Assembly: GCA_030295235.1 (NCBI GenBank)
Contig: AP026128.1
Span: forward strand, 186,001-250,000
Source of the DNA: Fistulifera solaris
Taxonomy: Eukaryota
Length of the DNA stretch: 64,000 nucleotides
Direction: 5' to 3'
The notes beneath the pieces are model-generated. The model worked only from the letters and a program-made list of their open reading frames with translations. It had not been told where the DNA came from and did not search any database. The translations under genes were made by a program, and so were the position numbers. The stretch's first letter is position 1. Every line of letters begins with the position of its first letter. Positions 35,328-47,638 of this stretch are shown here, one piece after another.

Positions 35328-37924
35328 TCACCTCGTCTCACAAAATACACCGCCCACTTGTATACAAATCGGTTCTTCATCGTGCTTGACATGTTCCACT
35401 TGTTGCAAAAAGACACCAAACGTTAAAGGACCGCGAAAACTCCGTTGATTCTGATGATACTCGGCCAAAGCACGTAGTGTACTACCACCTTTCGTGCCAC
35501 TCGTTGGTTCCAAATCCACCATATTGCATCGTGCACAGGGGCCGATGACTTGCCAGCAAATCATTTGATTGTACCATAAGCACTTACAATCGTCGCCATC
35601 GTCCTCTTCACCGCCTTGCACAACAAAATTGGGTCGAAAATGCTGGGATGTTACCTGAGACTTTCCTTGTTGCTGCAAGATACGATTGATTGCATCCACA
35701 GCGTTTTCACGAATCATTAAAATTGGCTGTTCGTTGGCGAAAGACGACACTTTCGCAGTGGTTATTGCCGAGTGACGTGCCAGCCAGCAAGGTACTCCCA
35801 GGTATGTGGAAAACCAGCGAGCAGCGATCGTGTCTCCCAGACGATACCCCGACATTCATGGCTCCCGCATACGCGAATCGCGTTATCCTGTCCCTGTTCA
35901 TCTTGTTGGGACAAAGAGAGTATCAAAGGATCCATACCCGGGGCTGTCACTATCATTTTATTTGTGTCGAACGAGAGATGGGGACGTATGCGCGCCATTT
36001 TAGAGTGCGTTGACAATCGCAAAGCTTGCCCTGATTCATTGACCAAACAAAAGCACGATCCATCCACAGTTGACCTTGCACTACCGGCCACCGTTCGACT
36101 CGTTGCGCAGCACAGCTTTTGATCGGAAAAACATACAATTCGGTCAGCACCAATTCACGTCTGTGTTTTTTTGTTACGGGTGCTGTGACAAATTTCGTGT
36201 TGTTGTTTATGTTGTACGTAAACGCGGTCCAAAAATCGAATCAAAACGTCAATATCCTCCCACACCGAGTCCTTTCCCAAACTGATCCTCACTGCACCAG
36301 TCGGTTTCCCATCTATCAAATCCACATCATCCCCACACACATGCCCCAGTTGCTCAAAATTGGATATAATATCCTCGTCACTCCACCCCAGTGCCTGTTG
36401 ACAGCCACCAGGATTGCAAAAACAACCCACACGGAATTGAATGGGTGGCGTATGGAGGGCTGCCAACTGGGCGATTTCGTGATACCCAACGTAAGTTATT
36501 CCATCCTCGCGTAATACATTGAAAGCAACCGTTGGGCCCGGACATTCGTCACGATCGAGCGTTTCTGGGTCGGCCCAGGCACCGTACAAAACAATAGCCG
36601 ATTGACCCGTCGAAGCATGTCTCAACGAACGCAGACGACGTACCAGTTCACGGGATAATACTCGAGTATGATTTCGTATAGCTGCCATACCTCCCAATTT
36701 CTGCAGCGTTTCCAACCCATACTCCAACTCGCAAATACCCCGAAAATGGCTCGTACCGCCGCGAAGATTGTATTCGGCCGTTTTGCGCACCACATAATCA
36801 CGCGATGGCGTCACGACTTGCACAGTGCCGCCACCAAAATACGTGTGCGGGGCTGGCGCAAGCAGCATGGCAGCCAACGCACTCTGCTTCTTGATCAACA
36901 AGGCGCCCAATCCGGTCGGTGCGCCAAATAGTTTGTAAAACGATACAACAGCAAATTCGGGATCCCACCGTTTCAACGAGATGGGTTCCGTACACGCGGC
37001 TTTGGCCATATCCAAACCCATACACCAACCCGGTTGTGTTCGAAAGGCTTCATAAATGTGCGAATTCAACCGATCACCCGAAAAATTGCATTCCAACGGC
37101 AACACCACCAAATGTGGTGTCACGTTCGATGCGGTCTGCAAGATATCATCCACATCGTCCGATCGCTGCCACACGCGAAAGGACGCTCCCGCGCGCAAGG
37201 CACATTCGCGCATCCCCAATACCGACGTATGCGAAGCCGAAGGACACGCAAAGAGCGATTGCTGCGGCTGAAAGGCAAAGTGTTCCGCCACTATTCGCAA
37301 TCCTTCTGTCGTTCCCGACGTGAAGAACAAATGATAGCCCGGATGCTCCGTAGATCCTGGAAATCCCGCCAACAGATCGGGTGTAGCATCCCACAGTTCC
37401 AGTAATTGTTGTTTCACACCTTCGATTTGTTGCAACGTGCGACTGGCGGTCGGTCCAATGTGCGAATGCGGGTTGCCGAATAGACGCAATGACTGTAGTT
37501 GCGATTGCCACGGCAAGGCACTGCCGGCGTAATCCAAATACACTTCCTTTTGCTCATTTTCCGAATGATACAAACCCGGCAATTCGCGAGGACGCCACGT
37601 ATCAATGTGACCCGTGGCTGAAGCAGCGTAGCCGTAGTTCGATCCAGCACGACGGAGAAAGGATTCCTTTTCGTGTTTCCTTTCATCATTCTGTGACGCT
37701 AACGAACCCTTTATTCGATCATTTTCTATCAAAATCTTTGCGTTCTTTGTGTTTTGGTGTTCCGCAGTGCAGGCAACAGCCTTGGGCTTCGCATTTCGAA
37801 GCAAATAAAAGAAATACCGACGAGGAAACCATTGCCATGTCGTCCAAATGGTGATCATCAGGGGGATCACATAGCACCACGCATTTCCTGCTAAAAGCAC
37901 GTAATTGATCGTCCATTCCGTCAT
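35328..37924 (-). CDS. MOCOS: Molybdenum cofactor sulfurase (NifS-like PLP domain plus MOSC-N and MOSC); frameshifts near 36160, 36090 and 35850
   Basis: VYLDYAGS, GNPHS, PLECNFSG, SFYKLFGAPTGLGAL, RVGCFCNPG, GAVRISLG, LYVFPIKSC, SFANEQPIL, FRPNFVV and CARCNMV. Confidence 0.92.
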
Positions 37925-38635
37925 TGAAGAACTGGCTTTGTGATTGCAAAAGATTTATACAAGTGCAATAATAAAAGATGTTCTCGTGTAGGTCTATTCT
38001 AGAGTGGAAGAAAAAAATCTTCGTTTTGCGGATTTATTCATTCAAAAGTCTTTCTCCAACAGCGTTAAGGCTCATCAGGAAAGGCCCGCGTCTCGTAAAT
38101 GGATATGGCGTGACCGTGACTGACTCTCGGAGGTGTAGGGACGTAGGGACAAACATAATGACTAATGACCTTAGTCGGACGAGCGAATGACACTGTAGAA
38201 AAAGAAGTGGAACACCAACGAAGAAACAAGACAAAGAATGACTGTGTCGGGTTAGGGCTTAGCTTTTGCTTACAGTCGGATGAATACTAAATATAAGCTT
38301 CTTACCCAGTCAAATGTCGAGTGTGCAGTAATGTACAGTCATGAGGTCATTGATGAACAAAGACGAAGACCAAAAACTGTTTTCACCAATAAAGAAGAAA
38401 GGACCAAGCAGAAATCATTCATATTGTGCACGTTTTACATTTATACCGCATGTACCGGTTGATAACCTCAAAGTACAGGGGCAATCCGCCTTTCACGGAG
38501 TAATTTTTTCGTTGCATCATCGTCAATCGTCACAATATTTTCATCTTGCATCGCATTCATACTTTCATCATCGTTGCTAATTACTGTACGATTCAAACAC
38601 CAAAGGAGTTTCATAAATCAGTCCCTGTATACGCC

Positions 38636-39941
38636 ATGACAAATACATCAAAAAGTTTCGCTGTGATCGCCTCGCTTCTCCTGGTATCGCCTTATGTAGA
38701 CGCCGGGAAAGTCATTCGAGGACGCTTCTTCGATCGCAACAAGAAAGACACCACCACGAAGCCCGTTCAAAACAACACCACGACTATCGAAGTCCCCACC
38801 GCTGTCCGAGCCCCCGTGCCATCCCCAACTTTGCTATGGCGGAGATGACGCCGGAGGAAATTGCCGAGGGCATTGCGTCTCGTACGTGGGCCGCCCAGTG
38901 CATCAACAGGTAAGTCTCGTCGTTCCGTTACCACTTCATTCCACAACTTATTTCCAACTCACTTACCTGGTGTTCACTCTAAACTTAACCCTCAGTGGCG
39001 ACTACGGCAAGGCTGATGTTGGCTGCGACGCGGGGTCCAAGATTTGTGGCTTGAACAATCAATTCATTCCCATGGACGGCGTGGGAAACTCGTGCGCCCG
39101 CTGCATCAACTCGTTCGAGACGATCGAACAGATTGACTACGGCTGTGATGCCATCTATCGCCGTTGCTTGAATGGTGAAAACCTAGATCCGGCCATCTGG
39201 GCCGGCGGCACCAAGTGCGGTCTCCCTTGCACTTTCTACTCTACCATTGAAGGAGAAGTGGAAGACAAAATCAAGTGGTTCAACGGCGGTAACCCTCTTC
39301 CGGCCGGTATGTACGAGATCAAATACGTTGGAGGATGCCACAAAGTCACGTATGATCCAGGATTCTCTTGGTGCGTGCACTCGAACTTCGAAAGTTACCG
39401 CAACTGGTACATTGTCGACGAGACCTATGACAGGGCTTTTCCGGGTAACGTGCTCGCACCGGGTGTCGTTGGGCATGAATGGGGCAAGGGAGAGGATTCG
39501 GACTACCAAGCCTGCGTGGACCGAAACCTGGCCGAAGCCAAGCCACTTTTGTACCAGCACAAGGGCGGCAAATTGGGTGTCTACAATTTTGACAAGGATC
39601 CATACTCGCAACCCACCATCATGTTGTATTACGACAATGTTGCCGGACTTATTCAGAATCCCACATGGAGTTTGAAGGTCGTTCAGTGCCCTGACGCTTC
39701 GGACACGCCAGTAGACGTGCCCACCACTCCGGAACCTGAAGACTCGGAAAGCAAGGCTCCATGCTGCGCCAGTGGTGAAACCGGCTGGCGCCCTTACAAA
39801 GGCTGCAAAGAGTATTACTACTGCATGAATGGAAGAGCTTTGGCCACTCAGAAATGCGGAGCTGGTACGCTCTTTAACGGAACCGTTTGCGACTGGGCTA
39901 ACAAGGTTCAATGTGGCAAGATCCAAACAAGAACCTGTTAG
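38636..39941 (+). CDS. Secreted Cys-rich protein with C-terminal chitin-binding type 2 (CBM14/peritrophin-A-like) domain; intron at 38910-38995, frameshift near 38830
   Basis: Signal peptide (FAVIASLLLVSPYVDA-G), two DxGCDA repeats, a Pro/Thr linker and CKEYYYCMNG...KCGAGTLFNGTVCDWANKVQC. Confidence 0.8.
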
Positions 39942-40164
39942 GCTAGATAATCAGCCATTATGTAAGAAATAGAGTTTACGGTTATACGTTCATCTGATAG
40001 GTCTCGCATCTTTCGTCGCCGTCGGCTTGGCCGATCCATCCAATGAACCACATATCATCAATATCAGGGTGTTACCGGATGATTATCAAGCCACATCCGA
40101 GGAGAAAGCTCATCCTGCTTACAAAGAGATGCAGCGTTCGCAGTCGCTTTCCATGTCAGCACAG

Positions 40165-41637
40165 CTAAATCATTTCGTTGTCATCAACGTCACGCTCCCC
40201 CACCGACCGCTGTCGCAAGGTAAGATCCTGCGGAATCGATGATAAAGTAGTACTATCACCGGTACCATCTTTTTCTGTTTCATAGTCATCATATTCGCCA
40301 CTTTCTTCTTCTTGAGAGGTCAATCGCCGTGCCTTGCGGCGTCGGCGCGTTTGTTCCACAATGTCACTCATATCGGATACAAAATCACGAATCCCAAATC
40401 CCGGCGTGGCCATGGCTTCCCGTTGCGTATCCCGATAATTCGGTTGCCATTCTTCCCACGGAAAGACACACCAGTGGGCAATCGAAAAGAATAACATTTC
40501 CAGACAAATCAATACATTCTGAATTTGTGTCGCGTGTTCTTGAGGCGTCATTATGTCGCTGTCGTCGACCGGCACTATGTTCGTGGTGTTGCCATTTTGT
40601 ATAATGGCCGACGTATTGTCATCATCGCCGGACTTTTGCATTTGCACGAGAATACTAATGAGCAAACCTTGCCAAAAGGTCAAAAAGACGACACCTTTGA
40701 TACTCATAAATTTGGCAAACGGCTGTAGCCATTGCAAATCATGTTCGCAGGCGTGATAAAACTTGAGCAGGCCCCGGAAAGCAAAAAACACGGACACATT
40801 CATCATCATGCTCACGAGGAAGGACGGACTGATCAAATACTGCCACCACGTCATTTCCACTTCTTCGTCTTGTACAAGAGACAACACCAAATGAATCAAT
40901 GCGGTCAAGGGACGAATGAGCACGAATTGCAAACACAATATTTGACATTCCGTCAATACGGCATTCGCTTTCGCGGTATCACTGACTTCGGGTGGCGGAT
41001 CGTAATAACTGCGCAACCACCGCGTCGGCGCGGGCAATTTCGAGGCGTGTTGCGCCAACACTTGGACGGCGGCGGCCCGATCGCCTTTGCCCAAGACCAA
41101 AATCAAAAAGGCCAAGAAATTGTAAATGACGTACGCCTCATAAAAGTCTTTGATGACCATCAAATAGCCATCGACGGCTGGCACCAACAGACTGACACAC
41201 GACGTGACACTGTAAATCGGTGTCATCCACAAAATTACCAACACTTTGCGTTGAATGATGGGTTGTGCGTAGTTCCGTAAATGTGTCGTCATATGAAACA
41301 TGGTAATCAGACCCGTCAGTAGTGTTAACGTAATGCCCATTTGGAAAATCGTGTAAGACTGATTCTTTTGCACTTGTTGTGTCAATTGTTGAATTTGATC
41401 TTGTTGTTTCGTTTGCACTTGAATTTGTAGTTTTTCGATGGTATCATTCTGTTGTTGCAATTCGACATTGAGCCATTGCACTTGTAACAACAAAAAGACC
41501 AACGCGGCCGTCACAAAACACAACCACCAAAAGGTGAACCGCAACCACCAAGGACGACGGCTTTCACTACTCCGAAACAGACCGCCAGGAGCCGTCGAAT
41601 CGTAATGCGGGGGTGTCTCATTCGAAGATAATAGCAT
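40165..41637 (-). CDS. OST-alpha/TMEM184 family transporter with N-terminal TM plus Gln-rich coiled coil
   Basis: HLRNYAQP..QRK...ILWMTPIYS, KDFYEAYVIYNF, KFMSIKGVVFLTFWQG and IQNVLICLEML. Confidence 0.92.
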   Translation of the reverse strand: MLLSSNETPPHYDSTAPGGLFRSSESRRPWWLRFTFWWLCFVTAALVFLLLQVQWLNVELQQQNDTIEKLQIQVQTKQQDQIQQLTQQVQKNQSYTIFQMGITLTLLTGLITMFHMTTHLRNYAQPIIQRKVLVILWMTPIYSVTSCVSLLVPAVDGYLMVIKDFYEAYVIYNFLAFLILVLGKGDRAAAVQVLAQHASKLPAPTRWLRSYYDPPPEVSDTAKANAVLTECQILCLQFVLIRPLTALIHLVLSLVQDEEVEMTWWQYLISPSFLVSMMMNVSVFFAFRGLLKFYHACEHDLQWLQPFAKFMSIKGVVFLTFWQGLLISILVQMQKSGDDDNTSAIIQNGNTTNIVPVDDSDIMTPQEHATQIQNVLICLEMLFFSIAHWCVFPWEEWQPNYRDTQREAMATPGFGIRDFVSDMSDIVEQTRRRRKARRLTSQEEESGEYDDYETEKDGTGDSTTLSSIPQDLTLRQRSVGERDVDDNEMI

Positions 41638-41959
41638 ATTTTTGACTCTAAATGAATGAATTGTTAAATACTGTTGTTTGCGATCGCTCATAAAAACAAA
41701 ATAGTAGAAAGTTGACTTCAGCAGCAATGCATTTTCTAAAAATTAACGCGGCACGACTGCAATGTAACATGTAAACCGCTCATCTTAAGTCGTGAATCGC
41801 GTGCGTCGTACGGACGTTTCGTGGATCTATTTCGTCTTTCTACAGCAACCATAGTCAACACATGAAGATAGATAAAACTGACAAGGGGGTCAGATGAGCG
41901 TGCTCATATTATGATGGTGATTATTGCGTAAGTAGCGGAAAACACTGCCAGGACCGACT

Positions 41960-44884
41960 TTAAATTAGTATGGAAAACTTGGCAGATCGAGACGGCGGGC
42001 GGCAGGATAATGAAGATGCGTGTTGGATGCCTCCCCAGCCCGAGGCTTGCCACTGGTTTCTTTGGCTGTTACAACGACTCATGGACAAAGAACTTCCTGA
42101 CGGTTGTTTATCAGAGTTTCTTCTCGGCCCGTCTGGTACAGCCACAGTCGCATCATCGATTTGGTTTGCCCGGTTGATGCGTGGAAGGTTGCGACTCAAC
42201 GCCCAACGGACCCTTTGAGTGGCAGTTCTGCTTTTCTCTCCTCCCTCAATCTCTCCCATAAATGTGGGTAGAACATCCACTATACCCCCGTTCAGAAGAT
42301 TCTTACGACTCTTTTTGGCAGCTTGTCGTTTCATATATAGATTTTGTAAGGCAACCGGTCCTCCACCACCGATCACACGAAGAACATCACCACTGGAACT
42401 TTGACTGATTTTGTCATACAGCTCCAACAATGACTTGTCCAGTTCCGCTGGGGATAACTTTACCTTTAATTTTGGAGAATCGAACATTTCGTCAATGTCG
42501 ATATCTAAACGTTTATTCAGTTCAACCAGAAGCCTTTCGCGAACGGGTCTTGGTAGCACTACACACTGTTTGTCAGAACCTTCATTCGTTGACGACGGGT
42601 AAAGAGGGAATAAACTGTTTACGCACCTCTACTTTGCTCTATTTCGTTTGATAACTTTGTTCGGAAAAGACGAAAGCGGCGTCGTGTATTTGCAAATGTG
42701 GTTGCAAGTACCTTTCGAGTTTTCTCGTCCTCCACCAAAGGAGGTAGCGAGATCTAAACATAATTGTGAGTGTCCTTGTCGGCTGAGCTAAACAATTCAT
42801 CGCAGTAACTTACCTCGATTTCAGCTTCTTCCGCTATGATTGCTTGAGAAAGCTTCTGTGCTTCCTCCTCCGGTATACAAGCGGCGGCCTTCAAACGATC
42901 TGTGGCAGCTTCCCATGACAAGGCATACGAATACTCCTCGGTGAGCGGTTCAGGTGCATGCGTCAGCGCATAGTAAAGATTTCCAACAAATTCTTCTTTG
43001 GTCGTATATGTTAGGCAGTTGGGAAATTGAGCAAAGAAATCGTTCGACGGATGAGAAGGTAGTATCACAAATTTCCCCATCGCAAGTGCTTCGGCTGAGG
43101 TGGTACAAAGAACCTCCGATGTGGATGGATTGACAAAGATCTGGTTCCAGGAATCAATGACGGAGTATGAGCTCATGGCGCGGTGGTAGCTCACAGTAAA
43201 GTGAAAAGCGTAGAACTTACCTTGTGAGTATATGCCAGTTCCGCGTGGTCGACCGGTCCGTGGAAAGGCATGTCCAAATCCAGCTTTTTCGCCTTTGCAC
43301 TAGCCGCTTCTTGGTCAGGTCCACCACCATACATGTCAACCGACACCCGAAGGTCTGCGGACTCTTCTGCATATCTCAACAGCTCCATGAGTGAGCCTAA
43401 ACCCTTCGACCAGAGCATTTTCCCAATAAAGTAAATAGAATTCTCGGCCGTTGCACCAAATACAGGGTCGTTTTGTTTTCCGTCATCCGTTTCTAGTCGT
43501 CGACTGACTTCGGCACCGGCATCTAAAAAGGTGGCTCTCACACCGTGTACATTTTCGACCAGTTCCTTTTCGGGTGCTACTTTATCCAACGTCCCGGAAA
43601 GCTTGATGACACGATGGCAGTGTGCGCGGCACATCCACGAACACAGCAAACGCATCGCCGGGGCCTGTCAAAAATATTAGCCGATTGTAATACGCAACCA
43701 GTCAGAAGTTTCGCTAGCGCAACTTACCCTAATCAACGCTGCCGGCTGATCCATTGCATACTGGAAGTAATTGGTATGAAGAATACCCACCACATGCTTA
43801 AACTTTTTCGTCCAACTTTCGCCGGGAGCCCGGTACCTATTCAAAGCAAGCAATGTCAGATTTATCGTACACATGCCCAATGAGCCCGCGCATGCGATAC
43901 GTACCAGTTGAGATGTTCGGGCTCTTCCAAGATGCAAATATCAATGGAATCCCCGGGTATCAGAGACGTGATATCCCCCATACTGTATACGGAATTTTCC
44001 ACCGGGTTTTGCCACGCCGTATACCACGCAATGATCAATTCTTCACTCTCTTGTGGCATATTCGCCGACTCGCGCAACCAGGTCCGTATATTGGCTTCCT
44101 GATCCCCCGGTGTTGCAAAAGCGTTGGTTTCACCATACACACGCTTTTGGTCCTCGGGTCGTTCCAACCACGGCAGCATGAGTGTAACACTGCCTCCGGC
44201 CTCCGGACGTCCGCGGGTCAAATACGCGGCCCGCAACAACGGATTGACCGCCGTACCCGTCTTCCACGGCAACGATGCGGTCGTGACAATGAGAATGCGT
44301 TTGGATGGATCGGCCAAATCGGTTTCTGGCAAAACCGCTTCTCCGGGCTTGGCCGGTTGTGGGATGGGCATGGATGTTGTCCGTGGTTTCTTGGTAGCGG
44401 CAATCGTAGTAGCGCTGGAATCGATTATTCGTTCTTCGGTGGTCTTTGTTTTTGCAGTAACGTTCGTTTCACTGGACGAGAAATTCATAGGTCGACCGTA
44501 ATTCCCAAACGAATATCCATCGGCCGATTCCGCTTGCGCTTGATCCAAATATTCCTGCACATCATCGGCCCAATCTTGCAACAAACGATCCCACGAAGGA
44601 AATCCTTCAAACCGTCGTTTGCGCGTAGAAGTCTTGGTGCGATTACTATCGTCGTCTTCCAACAAGAGTTTCCATTGACTCGGAAAGAAGCGCGATTCGC
44701 TCGTCATTGCCCCGAGATTTCGAATTTCGCGAAAGGTATCTTCCCAATACTGTTTCCGTAAGGCTTGAAATTTCGGATCTCCAAATTGCTCTTTGGCTGC
44801 TTTCTGGACGTCCTCTTCGTCTGTACATTGCGTCACACGAACATAGATAATACTGAAAAGAACAAAGGACGGATGTATCCGCAT
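41960..44884 (-). CDS. DGD: Digalactosyldiacylglycerol synthase (GT4), multi-exon, with N-terminal signal peptide
   Basis: IVTTASLPWKTGTAVNPLLRAAYL, ILEEPEHLNW, HVVGILHTNY, CHRVIKLS, YFIGKMLWSKG and FVNPSTSEVLCTTSAEALAMGK. Exact intron borders are not all resolved. Confidence 0.93.
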
Positions 44885-45505
44885 GTTGTCGCGTCGTATT
44901 ATTGAAAAATAAGGAAATGAATAATTGCTGTGTGCGTCAATCACTCAATTGCAAAGTGAATAAGTTTCTTCCTTTTCTCCCTGACGAGAGATCCCTGTCG
45001 GTCCTGTCAAATCGAAAATGGGTCTATTTTGGTTACCGCGTCCAGTATTGTTGCTTCTATTTGCACATAGCAACACAATCCACAACAAAATAAACGCAAA
45101 ATCGAAAGGTGGTGATGCCATCACAAATTCACGTCTGCGAAAAAGGTAACCCGTGTCGAACGTCATTGCTGTCCGCCTAATTCAAGATACTAAAAACAAA
45201 TCGTTGCGGTATTGGACCTGTATACAAGATTTACAACCTATATATAAAACATGATCATTGCTGTTACGACAAGTAACTGATATCTACTTAGTACGAGCGC
45301 GAGGTGCGCACTCCGAGCTGTTTCAACGAGCGAAAAACACCGCACGAAAGTCATCGCACACGACAATAATAACGATACATGGACATTTTCCCCAAAAGTG
45401 GCGATGCACTTGATAATAAGTCACTTCGCCCGAAGAAGTTATTATCTACTGTTGCTTATCTCATTCGTTATTGCTTCAGATCATCGTTATTGGGATCACG
45501 AAACC

Positions 45506-46172
45506 ATGTCTTGCTACAAACCGGTCGTCTTTTGTGGCCCTTCCGGAGTCGGCAAAGGCACGCTCATTGCCAAACTGATGCAACACTTTGCGAATGAACC
45601 GTTTGGGTTTTCTGTATCGCATACCACACGACAACCGCGGGAGGGTGAAATCGATGGTGTTCATTACAATTTTACGACGGTCGAACAAATGAAACAAGAA
45701 ATTGCGGAAGGAAAGTTTATTGAATATGCCGAAGTGCACGGTCGTTATTATGGTACTAGGTACGTCTTGTGGCGATGGACTGTGTGAGTCTATTCGTTCC
45801 ATGATTCTCTCTCTCACACACTCTCTCGCAGCATCGCCGCCGTCGATGCCGTCCAGAAAAAGTGGAAAAATTTGTGTCTTGGACATTGATGTGCAAGGGG
45901 TCCAGTCGGTCAAACAGAGCAGTCTGGAACCACTCTATTTGTTCATTGCCCCACCTTCGATGGCCGCCCTCGAAGAGCGGTTGCGAGGACGGGGAACCGA
46001 AACGGAAGAACAGATGCAAATTCGATTGGGGAATGCGGCGCAAGAATTGGCGTACGGACAGGAAGCCGGGAATTTTGACAAGATTTTTGTCAACAACGAC
46101 TTGGAAACCTGTTTTGCCGAAATGGTGCAAGCCTTCCAAGAATGGTATCCCCATTTGAAGCCGATTGTATAG
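45506..46172 (+). CDS. GUK1: Guanylate kinase; intron at about 45760-45830
   Basis: [10 protein letters not shown]-loop, [32 protein letters not shown] and RLRGRGTE. Confidence 0.95.
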
Positions 46173-46265
46173 AAACTTATACAAATAGCAAGAAATCGTA
46201 GAACGCTAGATGATACCTGCGTTTTTCTTCCTTTCGGTTCAATTCCAAAATTAAAGCAAATCAAT

Positions 46266-46952
46266 TCATCCCAATGGATCTGGGGCTTTCAATTCGTTTG
46301 CTCTAGGGCATTGGAAGGATTGTAATTTATCATAGGGTAGTAATTGCCGCAATTGTTCGATCAAAGCTTCCGGTGACTCGGCTGGGAGTTCCAGTTCGAC
46401 TTGTCGAAAACACTCGGCATAGTCGCATTGCCGAAACCCCAATTTCGTTTGAAATAAGGCCAAGGAGAAAGTATTGTCTTGATTGATTTTACAAAAGAAA
46501 CGACAAAGGTTGGGGATGTGTGTCGCCGCATACAGCATCATAAGACAGCAGGCTTCTCGACCGATTCCCTTGCGGCGTGCGGCGGGTTCCGCTATCATGA
46601 TATCAATTTCGGCTTGTCGTGTAGGACTCGTAGGGCTGTTGTCGTCGTCGACATCAGAAAAGAACAAATTGACATCCCCCACCATGGCCGGTACATTTCG
46701 TTTCACAAAATCGATATCGTGGTCACCTTTAATGTGAAAAGCATCGAGCACAATAAACGTACATTTCGTTTCATCGACGAGCCACGTTTGTTGCATCTCG
46801 TATTCTTCTTTTAGAGATAGTGGTTCCGATCCAGTGGCTTCCAACAAGGCCGGATCTTGCATCCAGGCGTGATACTTTAAGACGTGCTCGTGGCGAAACG
46901 GAACCAAACAACAGCGTTTGCCGAGTAAAACAGTTTCGGCGTTCAATAGCAT
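46266..46952 (-). CDS. NAT9: GNAT acetyltransferase, NAT9-like
   Basis: HVLKYHAWMQDP...TGSEPLSL.EEYEMQ..W..DE.KCTFIV, MVGDVNLF and AEIDIMIAE...RRKGIG. Confidence 0.9.
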   Translation of the reverse strand: MLLNAETVLLGKRCCLVPFRHEHVLKYHAWMQDPALLEATGSEPLSLKEEYEMQQTWLVDETKCTFIVLDAFHIKGDHDIDFVKRNVPAMVGDVNLFFSDVDDDNSPTSPTRQAEIDIMIAEPAARRKGIGREACCLMMLYAATHIPNLCRFFCKINQDNTFSLALFQTKLGFRQCDYAECFRQVELELPAESPEALIEQLRQLLPYDKLQSFQCPRANELKAPDPLG

Positions 46953-47261
46953 GGTCTGATAGTAATAATTGGGAGATGGTTTTAATGTTGGATTGTTGAG
47001 AAGAATCTTCAGCCGCTTTTCTCGTCGGCATCACGTAAGATTTAGCATCGCATCACCGTCGTCGTCGATAAGATAGGTTTTCCGCGAAAGTCTGTCATCG
47101 CCCGTCCACATTTTGCTTCCATTTTTCTCGTTGTCATTTTCCTTATTTCATTTCTTCCCCTTGCTCCCCTGTTCCAGGAAAATTTTAATTCATTCTTTTT
47201 CTTGCAAGTTTTCGATCCTATTTGATCCATATTACTGAGTTCATTTGCTAAGTGACGTGCA

Positions 47262-47530
47262 ATGACCGGCAACAAACCCACCAATGTCGTATTTTCTGCT
47301 GGGTTGGGTCCCCGAGGACGAGCGGGTGCTTGGGCGGCGGCTCTCATCGTGGCGGTACGTTCTTGCAACAAGATGATTTGAATCATAATTTGACTCACAC
47401 TGTTTAGGCCGGATGGATGTATGTTGAGAATTCAAAGAAAGCCAAGGAACTGTCCATCAACGATGTCAATGCATGGAATGAAAAGAGGAAAAAGGAAATG
47501 GACGCCAAGGCGAAATCAGAGCAGGAATGA
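47262..47530 (+). CDS. Spliced single-TM microprotein (about 71 aa), not in the ORF track; intron at 47355-47407, one base missing near 47310
   Basis: Reconstructed as MTGNKPTNVVFSAGLGPRGRAGAWAAALIVA|AGWMYVENSKKAKELSINDVNAWNEKRKKEMDAKAKSEQE*. GTACGT donor and TTTAG acceptor. Confidence 0.6.
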
Positions 47531-47638
47531 TAATTGATTTCTAATGCATAATGTTTACACATGAAAGATACGGGAATTTCTTTCACGATGACCCAAATAT
47601 TTTACAAAAATGCGTGGATCGAGAGTTTTCAACTAATG

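Noticed and set aside
25916..37924. Functional metal/cofactor gene cluster (Ctr, MOCOS, EBP)
   Set aside because: The genes belong to unrelated pathways and are separated by unrelated genes. This is an ordinary eukaryotic neighbourhood.
39183..44761. Long antisense ORFs (e.g. 39183-39926 minus, 43853-44761 plus; also 17498-18118 plus)
   Set aside because: They are shadows of well-supported genes on the opposite strand.
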